A stretch of 64,000 bases of DNA, taken from Nitrososphaerota archaeon (GTDB lineage: Archaea > Thermoproteota > Nitrososphaeria > PSMU01). The stretch's first letter is position 1, and each line of letters opens with the position of its first letter. The stretch spans positions 256,001 to 320,000 of the forward strand of contig PSMU01000001.1 in assembly GCA_040290255.1 (NCBI GenBank), given 5' to 3'. Made by a program: the position numbers and the translations under genes. This document shows positions 56,391 through 64,000 of the stretch, piece after piece. The notes below the pieces were generated by a model, which was given only the letters and a program-made list of their open reading frames with translations, was not told the origin of the DNA and searched no databases.

Positions 56391-57680
56391 GTGCAGCGGC
56401 CCAGGATAAACGGCGCGGCCGAGGCCCTGACGCTTCCCGAGGGCGCCAGGGTTACGCTCGCCGGGTGGGTCACGGCCAAGAGGGAGGTCGGCGGCGTGGT
56501 CTTCCTGCTGCTGAGGGACGGCAGCGGCTTCCTGCAGCTGGTGGCGAAGAAGCCGGGCGCGGCCTATGAGCAGGCGCGCTCGGTGTCGAAGGAGGAGGCC
56601 ATCCTGGCCGAGGGCGTGCTGAGGAGCGATGCCAGGGCGCCCGGTGGAAAGGAGCTGGTGCTCTCCTCGCTGGAGGTGGTCGCACATGCCGATGCGTGGC
56701 CCATCACGCCCTCGATCGTGAAGTCGGCCAAGGCCTACTTCGACCTGAGGCACCTGACCATAAGGGGCAGAAGGGCCCAGGCCATCGCCAAGATAAGGTC
56801 GGAGCTCTTCCGGCTCGCCTTCGAGTTCTTCACGAGCAGGGGCTTCACCTACATCACCGCGCCCCTGATCGTGCAGGCGGCCGTCGAGGGAGGGGCCACG
56901 CTCTTCAAGCTGGATTACTTCGGCAAGGAGGCCTACCTCTCTCAGAGCGCCCAGTTCTACGAGGAGGCGGCCATCTGCGCGCTGGAGAAGGTCTTCGTGA
57001 TTCAGCCCGCCTTCAGGGCGGAGAAGTCCAGGACGCCCAAGCACCTGACGGAGTTCTGGATGATAGAGGCCGAGATGGCCTTCGCGACGCAGGAGGACAA
57101 CATGAGGCTCCAGGAGGAGCTCGTGGCCTTCCTGGCCTCCCAGCTAAAGGAGCGCTGCGCGGAGCAGCTGAGGCTGCTGGGCAGGACCTTCACGCCGCCC
57201 TTGCCCCCCTTCCCCAGGCTGACCTACGATGAGGCCAGGCGGATGGCCGAGGAGAAGGGCGTCGGCTTCCCCTGGGGAGAAGACATCAGCGCCGAGGCCG
57301 AAAGGGCCCTATCGAGCTCCTTCCAGGCGCCCTTCTTCGTCACGGAGTACCCCCTCTCCGCCCGCTCCTTCTACCATATGACCAGGCCCGACCGGCCCGA
57401 GGTCACGCTCTCGGCCGACCTCCTGGCGCCCGAGGGCTATGGCGAGATAGCCACCGGAGGGCAGAGGATTCACGACTACGAGACGCTCAGGCAGAGGATT
57501 GAGAAGCTGGACCTGCCGGCCTCCTCCTTCCAGTGGTACCTGGAGCTGAGGAGGTATGGCATGCCCCCGCATGCCGGCTTCGGCATAGGCGTGGAGCGCC
57601 TGCTGCGCTGGATCTGCGGCATAAGGAATATACGCTACACCACGCTCTTCCCCAGGACGCCCGCCCGGGTCTACCCTTAA
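56391..57680 (+). CDS. asnS: Asparaginyl-tRNA synthetase
   Basis: OB domain, YLSQSAQFYEEA, FRAEKSRT..HLTEFWM, DLLAPEGYGEI, GFGIGVER. Confidence 0.85.
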   Translation: MQRPRINGAAEALTLPEGARVTLAGWVTAKREVGGVVFLLLRDGSGFLQLVAKKPGAAYEQARSVSKEEAILAEGVLRSDARAPGGKELVLSSLEVVAHADAWPITPSIVKSAKAYFDLRHLTIRGRRAQAIAKIRSELFRLAFEFFTSRGFTYITAPLIVQAAVEGGATLFKLDYFGKEAYLSQSAQFYEEAAICALEKVFVIQPAFRAEKSRTPKHLTEFWMIEAEMAFATQEDNMRLQEELVAFLASQLKERCAEQLRLLGRTFTPPLPPFPRLTYDEARRMAEEKGVGFPWGEDISAEAERALSSSFQAPFFVTEYPLSARSFYHMTRPDRPEVTLSADLLAPEGYGEIATGGQRIHDYETLRQRIEKLDLPASSFQWYLELRRYGMPPHAGFGIGVERLLRWICGIRNIRYTTLFPRTPARVYP

Positions 57681-57706
57681 ATAGCACCGCGCCTCGCTTC
57701 TGGCTG

Positions 57707-58696
57707 TTGGGCGAGAACGAGCTCGAGCTGGAGAGCCTCGAGGGGGTGGGCGCCGTCACGCGCCAGAAGCTGGAGGATGCGGGCATCTACTCGCTGCGGG
57801 AGCTGGCCGTGAGCAGCCCGGTGGAGATAGCGGAGGCCCTGGGCTGGGAGGTCTCCAGGGCGGCGGAGCTCGTGAACAGCGCCAGGAGAAGGCTCTCGGA
57901 GCTCGGGCTGCTGGAGGCGGACTTCGTAAAGGCCAGCGAGGTCTACAAGAAGAGGCTGAGCATCGAGCGGATCAGCACCGGCAGCAGGGCGCTCGACGAG
58001 CTGCTGGGCGGAGGGGTGGAGACGCAGGCCGTCACGGAGTTCTACGGCGAGTATGGGACGGGAAAGACGCAGATCTGCCACACGCTGGCCGTGATGGTGC
58101 AGCTTCCCAAGGAGGAGGGCGGCCTGCAGGCGGGCGCGCTTTACGTGGATACGGAGAACACCTTCAGGCCCGAGCGCGTGGCCAGCATAGCGGAGGCCCG
58201 GGGGCTCAACCCCCAGGCGACGCTGGAGAAGATCATCGTGGCCAGGACCTATAACAGCGCCCATCAGGAGTTCATCGTGAAGCAGGCGGGCAAGCTCATC
58301 CCCGAGCAGGGCATAAGGCTCCTCATCGTGGACTCGGCCGTTTCGCATTATAGGGCCGAGTTCGTGGGCAGGGCCACGCTGGCCGAAAGGCAGCAGCTCC
58401 TGAACAGGTTCATGCACCTGCTGCTGAGGACGGCCGAGGTCTACAACGTGGCCGTCGTGGTGACGAACCAGGTGCAGGCGGCGCCGGATGTCTTCTTCGG
58501 CGACCCAACGCGGCCCACGGGGGGGCATGTGCTGGGCCACACGAGCACGTATCGCATCTACCTGAGGAAGGGGGCCAAGGGCTCCAGGATCGCGAGGATG
58601 GTGGACAGCCCCTATCATCCCGAGAGGGAGGCGGCCTTCATCCTCAGCGAGAGGGGCATAGAGGACCTGCAGGAGGTAGGAAAGAAGGCCAAATAG
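57707..58696 (+). CDS. radA: DNA recombinase RadA
   Basis: N-terminal HhH, GEYGTGKTQ, DTENTFRPER, LAERQQ, TNQV; TTG start at 57707. Confidence 0.96.
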   Translation: MGENELELESLEGVGAVTRQKLEDAGIYSLRELAVSSPVEIAEALGWEVSRAAELVNSARRRLSELGLLEADFVKASEVYKKRLSIERISTGSRALDELLGGGVETQAVTEFYGEYGTGKTQICHTLAVMVQLPKEEGGLQAGALYVDTENTFRPERVASIAEARGLNPQATLEKIIVARTYNSAHQEFIVKQAGKLIPEQGIRLLIVDSAVSHYRAEFVGRATLAERQQLLNRFMHLLLRTAEVYNVAVVVTNQVQAAPDVFFGDPTRPTGGHVLGHTSTYRIYLRKGAKGSRIARMVDSPYHPEREAAFILSERGIEDLQEVGKKAK

Positions 58697-58727
58697 GCCT
58701 AGCTTATAAGCGGGTCCTCTTCGGGCG

Positions 58728-61400
58728 TTGGCCGTGAGGTTAAGGGCCCTATCGGTGCTGCTGCTGCTCTCCCTTTCCCTCCTGCCGCCCGCATGGCCGG
58801 CCCAGGCGCAGGCCGCGCCGTACAGGGAGGCGCTCTACTTCTCCAGCGTTCAGGGGCTCAGCTATCTCTATCGGCTCAGCTTCCAGGGCCTGCCGGCCTC
58901 CAACCTCAGCGCCCCCTTTAGGTCTCTGCTGGAAAACCTCACCGGCCTGCGGCAGTTCTCGCTGGAGGCGAGCGCGCGGCCCTCGCCCAGCGCGGAGGGG
59001 CTCGTGTGGAGCCAGCTGCAGCCTTATGCGCACCTGCTGGGCCTGGGCCCGCTGCCCTCGCCCGGCCTGCTGCTGAGGGCATCGCCGCCCTCGGAGGCGG
59101 CCGCTCTGGCGGCGGGCCTGAACGCGCGCTTCAACCTCTCCCTGGCGCCGCTGGCCGATGGCAGCTATTACTCTCCGATCCAATACGATGTGCTGGTCAA
59201 GCGGGCGCTCTGGCCCCTCATCCCCACGACGGGCCTGGGCGCGCTGGTGAGGCAGGGCGACTTCCTTGGGCTCCCCTACTCCAGGATCCTGCTCGAGTAC
59301 TCGGCGCCCCTCGGAAGCTGGAACATCACGCTGCTGGGCTTCTCCAACGTAGCCCTTGGGGGGCAGTTCTCGCTGAGCAGCGTCTTTCCCGCCCTCTCCT
59401 CGGCCCGCGTTAACGCCTCCTCCGGCGCCGGGGCGAACATCACGGTGGCCCTCGTGGGCGCGCTGGTGGCCCGCGCGCAGGGCATAGAGATGAGAAATGA
59501 CCCCTCCTCGCTCGGCGCGCAGGGCTCACTGCACCTGGGCCCGGGCGGGAGGATGCCCAACCTGAACATCACGATAACCACGGCCTTCCCCGTGCTCCTG
59601 GCGACGAGGGACATAGATAATGCCTCCGTGAAGTTCGGCGACGTCATCGAAGTAAGGGTCAGCGTGAGGAACCTGGCCCCTCCCTCCGCGCCGCCGGCGC
59701 TCAACCTGACGCTGAACGAGAAGTGGTGGAGGCCCTACTTCGACCTCGTGCTGGGGAACGCGACGCTCGCCGCGCCCCAGCTGCAGGGGGGAGGGGAGGC
59801 GACGCTGGCCTATAGGCTGCGCGTGAAGACGAACCAGAGCGCCACGCTGCTCGCGGATGGCGGCCCCCTGCTCTACTACTACAGGGCGGGAAACGAAACC
59901 CTTCAGGGCAGCGTGGCGCTCAACGCCTTCCCCGTGCACGTCAACAGGGAGGAGGGCTCGCTCATCATGAGGCTGGAGCCGGCCTCGGCCCAGCCCGGCT
60001 GGGGGCCTGTGAACGCCACGCTCAAGGTCAGGAACGCCGGGCTCAGGGCGGTCATAGGGGCAAAGGGGAATGGCACCTCGCTGCCCGACCTGCTGCCCGG
60101 GCAGAGCTATACGCTGCGCCTTACGCTTAACCCCCCTCCGTTCGGCAAGGCCCGACTGGAGGCGAAGGAGGTCCTGAGCTGGCCGACCACCTCGGGCGAG
60201 CTTCAGGCCTCGACGAACGGCATATCCGTGATCGTGGACCAGGCCTCCAGCCAGCTCCCCAGGCCCTCGGTGAGCCTGGGGGCGGAGGGGCTCGGCCGGC
60301 CCTCGCTGAACCTTACCTACACTCTTCAGAACGCCCAGGGCGGAGGGGCGATGAGGGGCTATTCGCTCTCGGCCGGCCTCGCGCCGGGCCTGCTGGCCCC
60401 TAGGGGCAACTTTACGGGCCTGGGCACGCAGCTTCTTGCCTCGGGCAATCTGGGGCCGGGCGCTGCGATAAGGTACTACGCCCTGATCAACTTCACCGCG
60501 CCTGAGAACTACATCCTGCCTCCCCCGCTGCTGAGCTTCGCGCTGGGTCCCTATAACTTCACGTATAGGGGAGAGGGCTACGGCCTGCCGCTGGGCATAT
60601 CGCTCTCGCAGGCCGTGCTGCCCCGCGCGGGCTTCCCGGGCTTCAACTTCACGGCCATCTTCACGACCATGAATAGGGGGACCCTGGCCGTCTACGGGCT
60701 GGCGCTGGTGGTGAACGCCAGCGGCCTCTCCTTCCTCACCAACGCAAGCCTCGCGAGGGCCAGCTTGGCGGGAGGCGAGGCCTGGACGCTTAAGGGCCAC
60801 TTCAGGCCCAGCGCCCCGGGCATGTTCTCGCTTCAGGGGACCGGCGTCGCCTTCACGTTCGCCGGCCGGACCTATACGCTACGCGCCCCTTCGGCCGTCA
60901 ACTTCACGGCCTATCAGCTGCCCGTGGTCGCTCTGCGCGCGCCGGAGACGGTGCCCGAGGGCAGCTCCTTCGCGCTCAAGGTCCTGGTGAGCAATCCCTC
61001 GCCGCTCCCGCTGGAGAACATCTCCATACAGCTCGTGGGAGCGCCATCCTACCTGGAGCTCTCGAACGCCTCGCTCCTGGTGCCGCGCCTGGAGGCGAAC
61101 TCATCCATCGAGCTTACCCTTCAGGCCAGGCTCACGGCCCCCTTCGACGTGTCGCTCCCGCCTCCCGCCGCCTATTTTAGCTACCAAGGGGCCCGCCTGC
61201 CGGCCTCGAGCTCAGGCGTAATAATAGCGGTACAGGAGCAGGTGCTCCTGAGGTATGCGTTGCCGCTGGCCCTGGGCCTTGGCCTGATCCTGCTCGCGGC
61301 CCTGCTCGTAAGGAGGGCTACCTTTCCCTCTTCCCCTGCGCGAACTCAAGAAAGGCCTGCTTCGCCTCATGGTAGGGCATCTGCAGCGGTGGGTGCTTGA
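58728..61400 (+). CDS. Large secreted, C-terminally anchored glycoprotein (S-layer/Ig-like repeats)
   Basis: Signal peptide, many N-x-S/T sequons, beta-rich V.V.N...L.PG repeats, C-terminal TM plus basic tail. Confidence 0.75.
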   Translation: MAVRLRALSVLLLLSLSLLPPAWPAQAQAAPYREALYFSSVQGLSYLYRLSFQGLPASNLSAPFRSLLENLTGLRQFSLEASARPSPSAEGLVWSQLQPYAHLLGLGPLPSPGLLLRASPPSEAAALAAGLNARFNLSLAPLADGSYYSPIQYDVLVKRALWPLIPTTGLGALVRQGDFLGLPYSRILLEYSAPLGSWNITLLGFSNVALGGQFSLSSVFPALSSARVNASSGAGANITVALVGALVARAQGIEMRNDPSSLGAQGSLHLGPGGRMPNLNITITTAFPVLLATRDIDNASVKFGDVIEVRVSVRNLAPPSAPPALNLTLNEKWWRPYFDLVLGNATLAAPQLQGGGEATLAYRLRVKTNQSATLLADGGPLLYYYRAGNETLQGSVALNAFPVHVNREEGSLIMRLEPASAQPGWGPVNATLKVRNAGLRAVIGAKGNGTSLPDLLPGQSYTLRLTLNPPPFGKARLEAKEVLSWPTTSGELQASTNGISVIVDQASSQLPRPSVSLGAEGLGRPSLNLTYTLQNAQGGGAMRGYSLSAGLAPGLLAPRGNFTGLGTQLLASGNLGPGAAIRYYALINFTAPENYILPPPLLSFALGPYNFTYRGEGYGLPLGISLSQAVLPRAGFPGFNFTAIFTTMNRGTLAVYGLALVVNASGLSFLTNASLARASLAGGEAWTLKGHFRPSAPGMFSLQGTGVAFTFAGRTYTLRAPSAVNFTAYQLPVVALRAPETVPEGSSFALKVLVSNPSPLPLENISIQLVGAPSYLELSNASLLVPRLEANSSIELTLQARLTAPFDVSLPPPAAYFSYQGARLPASSSGVIIAVQEQVLLRYALPLALGLGLILLAALLVRRATFPSSPARTQERPASPHGRASAAVGA

Positions 61401-62385
61401 AGCAGTAGGCTGAGAGGCTGATGAGGGGCCCCGCCACGCCTCGCTCCAGCGCCACCTTCACGCCCCTGATCGCGTCTATTATGATGCCCGCGCTGTTGTA
61501 GGCGTCCACCACCTTCAGCTTTAGGTCGAGCTCCACGGGCGCGCCGGCAAAGTACCGTCCCCTGATCCAGATGTAGCAGACCTTATAGTTCTCCAGAAAC
61601 TCCACGTAGTCGCTGGGCCCTATCCTGATGGGCACGCTGTCGCCCAACAGCGCCTCCACGGCGCTGGTCTTGCTCGCCCTCTTATCCTCGAGCCTTGCCT
61701 CCTCCAGCATGTTCAGGAAGTCCGTATCCCCGCCTATGTTCAGCTGGTACGTCTCCTCGACCTTCACGCCCCTGTCGGAGAAGAGCTTCACCAGCGTCTT
61801 GTGAAGCACCGTCGCCCCCAGCTGGCTCATTACGTCATCGCCCGCGAGCGGCAGCCCCGCCCGGGTGAACCTGTCCTGCCAAACGGCATCGGAGGCTATG
61901 AAGACGGGCATGGCGTTCACGAAGGCCACCCCTGCCCTCAGCGCGCACTCCGCGTAAAAGGCCGCCGCCCTCCTGCTGCCCACGGGCACATAGTTGACCA
62001 GCACCTCTGCTCCCGCCTCCCTCAGCTCCTTGGCCACGTCCACGGGCTCGCCCTGGGCCTCCCGGATCACCTTCGAGAGATACCTGCCCAGTCCATCGAG
62101 CACGGGCGCCTTCTTCACCTCCACGCCGAGCCTGGGCACCTTGGCCACCTGCAGCGTGTTGTTGGGCGGCTGAAGGATCGCCTCCGAGAGGTCCTTGCCC
62201 ACCTTCCTGGAGTCCACATCGAAGGCCGCCACGAACTCTATATCCTGGGGCCTTATCCCTCCCAGCTCGTACTGAATGAGCCCCTCCGCCGCCGAGCTCC
62301 CCTTCTCAGCATAATAATGCACGCCCTGCACGAGGGCCGAGGCGCAGTTGCCCACGCCGGCGAGGGCCACTCTAACGCGGGGCAC
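61318..62385 (-). CDS. ino1: Myo-inositol-1-phosphate synthase
   Basis: GVGNCASALVQG, FDVDSRKVG, YQLNIGGDTDFLNM, SKT, YCFKHPP. Confidence 0.93.
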   Translation of the reverse strand: MPRVRVALAGVGNCASALVQGVHYYAEKGSSAAEGLIQYELGGIRPQDIEFVAAFDVDSRKVGKDLSEAILQPPNNTLQVAKVPRLGVEVKKAPVLDGLGRYLSKVIREAQGEPVDVAKELREAGAEVLVNYVPVGSRRAAAFYAECALRAGVAFVNAMPVFIASDAVWQDRFTRAGLPLAGDDVMSQLGATVLHKTLVKLFSDRGVKVEETYQLNIGGDTDFLNMLEEARLEDKRASKTSAVEALLGDSVPIRIGPSDYVEFLENYKVCYIWIRGRYFAGAPVELDLKLKVVDAYNSAGIIIDAIRGVKVALERGVAGPLISLSAYCFKHPPLQMPYHEAKQAFLEFAQGKRER

Positions 62386-62433
62386 GGCCTCGGCTTCAAA
62401 AGCTTAATTTTAAGGCTTGGGGCGGGCCAAAAC

Positions 62434-62862
62434 GTGAAGGAGGAGAGGTCCGTGGGCGCGATCATCTTCAGGCGTGACGTGGGCCGCTGCCTCTTCCTCC
62501 TCCTTCACTACCAAGGGGGCCACTATGACTGGCCGAAGGGCCACATAGAGCCCGGCGAACAGGAGCTGGACACGGTCAGGAGGGAGGTGCTGGAGGAGAC
62601 GGGCATCGAGGACCTCACCATCTACGGAGGCTTCAGGGAGACGATCCTGTACTTCTACACCAGAGGGGGCGAGAGGATCAGGAAGACGGTCGCCTTTTAC
62701 TTGGCGGAGACGAGCACGAGCGAGGTGAAGCTCTCGTGGGAGCATGTGGGCTACAAGTGGGCCGATTACGAGGAGAGCATGAACACGCTGACCTACAGGA
62801 ACTCCAGGGAAGTGCTGGAGAAGGCGAGGCGCTTCCTCGAGCAGAGGGGCATCAGCGTCTAG
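62434..62862 (+). CDS. Nudix hydrolase (Ap4A hydrolase-like)
   Basis: WPKGHIEPGEQELDTVRREVLEETG Nudix box, LSWEH. Confidence 0.92.
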   Translation: MKEERSVGAIIFRRDVGRCLFLLLHYQGGHYDWPKGHIEPGEQELDTVRREVLEETGIEDLTIYGGFRETILYFYTRGGERIRKTVAFYLAETSTSEVKLSWEHVGYKWADYEESMNTLTYRNSREVLEKARRFLEQRGISV

Positions 62863-63613
62863 CGGCCTCCGCGTGCAGCTGGGCCGTTATCTTGGCCGCT
62901 TCCCGCGCCCTGCTCAGGGCGTTGGGCCCCTGCAGGAGCTGCCTGCCCACGATCGCATAGTCCGCCCCCGCCCTCATGGCCTCCTCCAGGGCCCCGCCCT
63001 GGGGCCCTATGCCCGGGCTGTAGATCGGGAGCTCGGGGGCCCCACGCTTTATGCTCGATATGAGCCCGGGCCTGGTCGCCCCTACGATTATCCCATCCGC
63101 GCCCACCCGCCTCGCCAGGGCCACGAAGGCGGCATAGAGCGGCCTGCCATCCGCCAGCTTGAGCGAGAAGAGCTCCTGGGCCCCCCTGTGGCTCATGTAG
63201 GCCAGCAGGAGCAGCCCCAGGCCCGTATCCCTCCTGACCTCCAGCAGCGCGTCGAGCCCCTCGAGCCTGCCGGGGAGGGGGCTGGCGATGAGCGCCGAGA
63301 AGCCATGGGTGGCCAGCAGCTCGGCCACCAGCCTGTTCGTCATGCCCACGTCGCCCAGCTTTAGGTCCGCGATTAGCGGGGCGCCCAGCTCTTCGGCCTT
63401 GGCCGTCAGCTTTGCCAGGCCGCGCAGGCCATGGGGGAGGAGCAGGTGGTGGTTGAGCTTGAAGGCGCAGGCGTAGGGAGCCATCTCCTCCAGCAGCTTC
63501 GTGGCCCTCTCCACGTGGGCCCGCAGCTCGGCTATGTTGTAGAAATCGAGCGCGATGACCAGCCGGCTGCCCAGCCGCCGCGCCCTCGCCTCCATCCTCG
63601 CCCTAAAGTCCAT
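62852..63613 (-). CDS. pyrF: Orotidine 5'-phosphate decarboxylase
   Basis: ALD, DLKLGDVGMT, VGAT, PGIGPQGG, IVGR. Confidence 0.9.
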   Translation of the reverse strand: MDFRARMEARARRLGSRLVIALDFYNIAELRAHVERATKLLEEMAPYACAFKLNHHLLLPHGLRGLAKLTAKAEELGAPLIADLKLGDVGMTNRLVAELLATHGFSALIASPLPGRLEGLDALLEVRRDTGLGLLLLAYMSHRGAQELFSLKLADGRPLYAAFVALARRVGADGIIVGATRPGLISSIKRGAPELPIYSPGIGPQGGALEEAMRAGADYAIVGRQLLQGPNALSRAREAAKITAQLHAEAARR

Positions 63614-64000
63614 CAAAGCCCGCCCAGGAAGCTGGGGGCCCTCGCCAGCTTGATGAGCTTAAGGTACAGGAAGCCGTGCTCGAAGGTGCCGCTGGCTAGG
63701 CCCACGGAGGGCCCTCCCTTTAGGTCGTAGCGGAGGAAGGGGGCGCTGGGCTCGCCCTCCAGCTTCGCGTAGACGAAGAAGGGCGCCGTGTAGGAGTTCT
63801 CCTGGACGCTGAAGAAGCCCAGCACCCATCCGCTTTCGGCCTGAAAGGCCAGCAGAGGCGGGAGGCTCTCCTCCACGACGAGCCTGTAGGAGGCGAGCTT
63901 GACCAGGCTGGCCGTATCCTTGAGCTTGAGCGGCGTGTACTCTGGCCCGCGCGCGGGCCCTCCCTTGAGCGCCCTGGCGAGCCATTCGGGCGGCTCGGCC
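63613..64000 (-). CDS. Hypothetical protein, C-terminal part (frame open to window edge)
   Basis: No stop in this frame from 64000 to TGA at 63613; overlaps pyrF start. Confidence 0.65.
   Translation of the reverse strand, partial: AEPPEWLARALKGGPARGPEYTPLKLKDTASLVKLASYRLVVEESLPPLLAFQAESGWVLGFFSVQENSYTAPFFVYAKLEGEPSAPFLRYDLKGGPSVGLASGTFEHGFLYLKLIKLARAPSFLGGL

Noticed and set aside
1-64000. CRISPR arrays, IS elements, integrases, inteins (checked in RadA, Rpo1, Rpo2, TopoVI) and rRNA
   Set aside because: No periodic repeats, transposase motifs or oversized insertions seen; protein lengths are normal

Overview
High-GC archaeal chromosomal segment, almost entirely housekeeping. Unsplit Rpo1 and Rpo2, CofGH, short XPF and Nitrososphaeria-type small proteins, together with L13e and AsnRS, point by inference to a deep-branching, probably thermophilic, non-ammonia-oxidising Nitrososphaeria/TACK lineage. 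Information-processing content: metG-ahcY-deaminase, the aIF2b-aIF1A-RIO1-KH-TopoVI cluster, DHS-dph2, thiI, the rpoH-B-A-L30e-nusA-S12-S7-EF1a operon, xpf, udg, dph6, asnS, radA and four tRNAs (three with BHB introns). Metabolic and envelope content: cofGH, phosphomevalonate decarboxylase, sod, thrBC, ilvE, an ECF transporter, trpB2 with a TrpY-like regulator, acyl-CoA dehydrogenases, thiolase-like genes, tmk, two ino1 paralogs, pyrF and a large glycoprotein. I saw no CRISPR array, integrase or transposase. Most notable: a three-intron tRNA-Tyr that probably needs ordered splicing; clustered substitutions in near-invariant RNA polymerase active-centre motifs; TRP-box-like and other candidate operator arrays; a palindromic leader on a probable corrinoid ECF system; small ORFs missed by the track; and a probable CTG start. 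All calls come from motif recognition by eye, with no database searches. Start codons were adjusted by eye where the ORF track over-extends.
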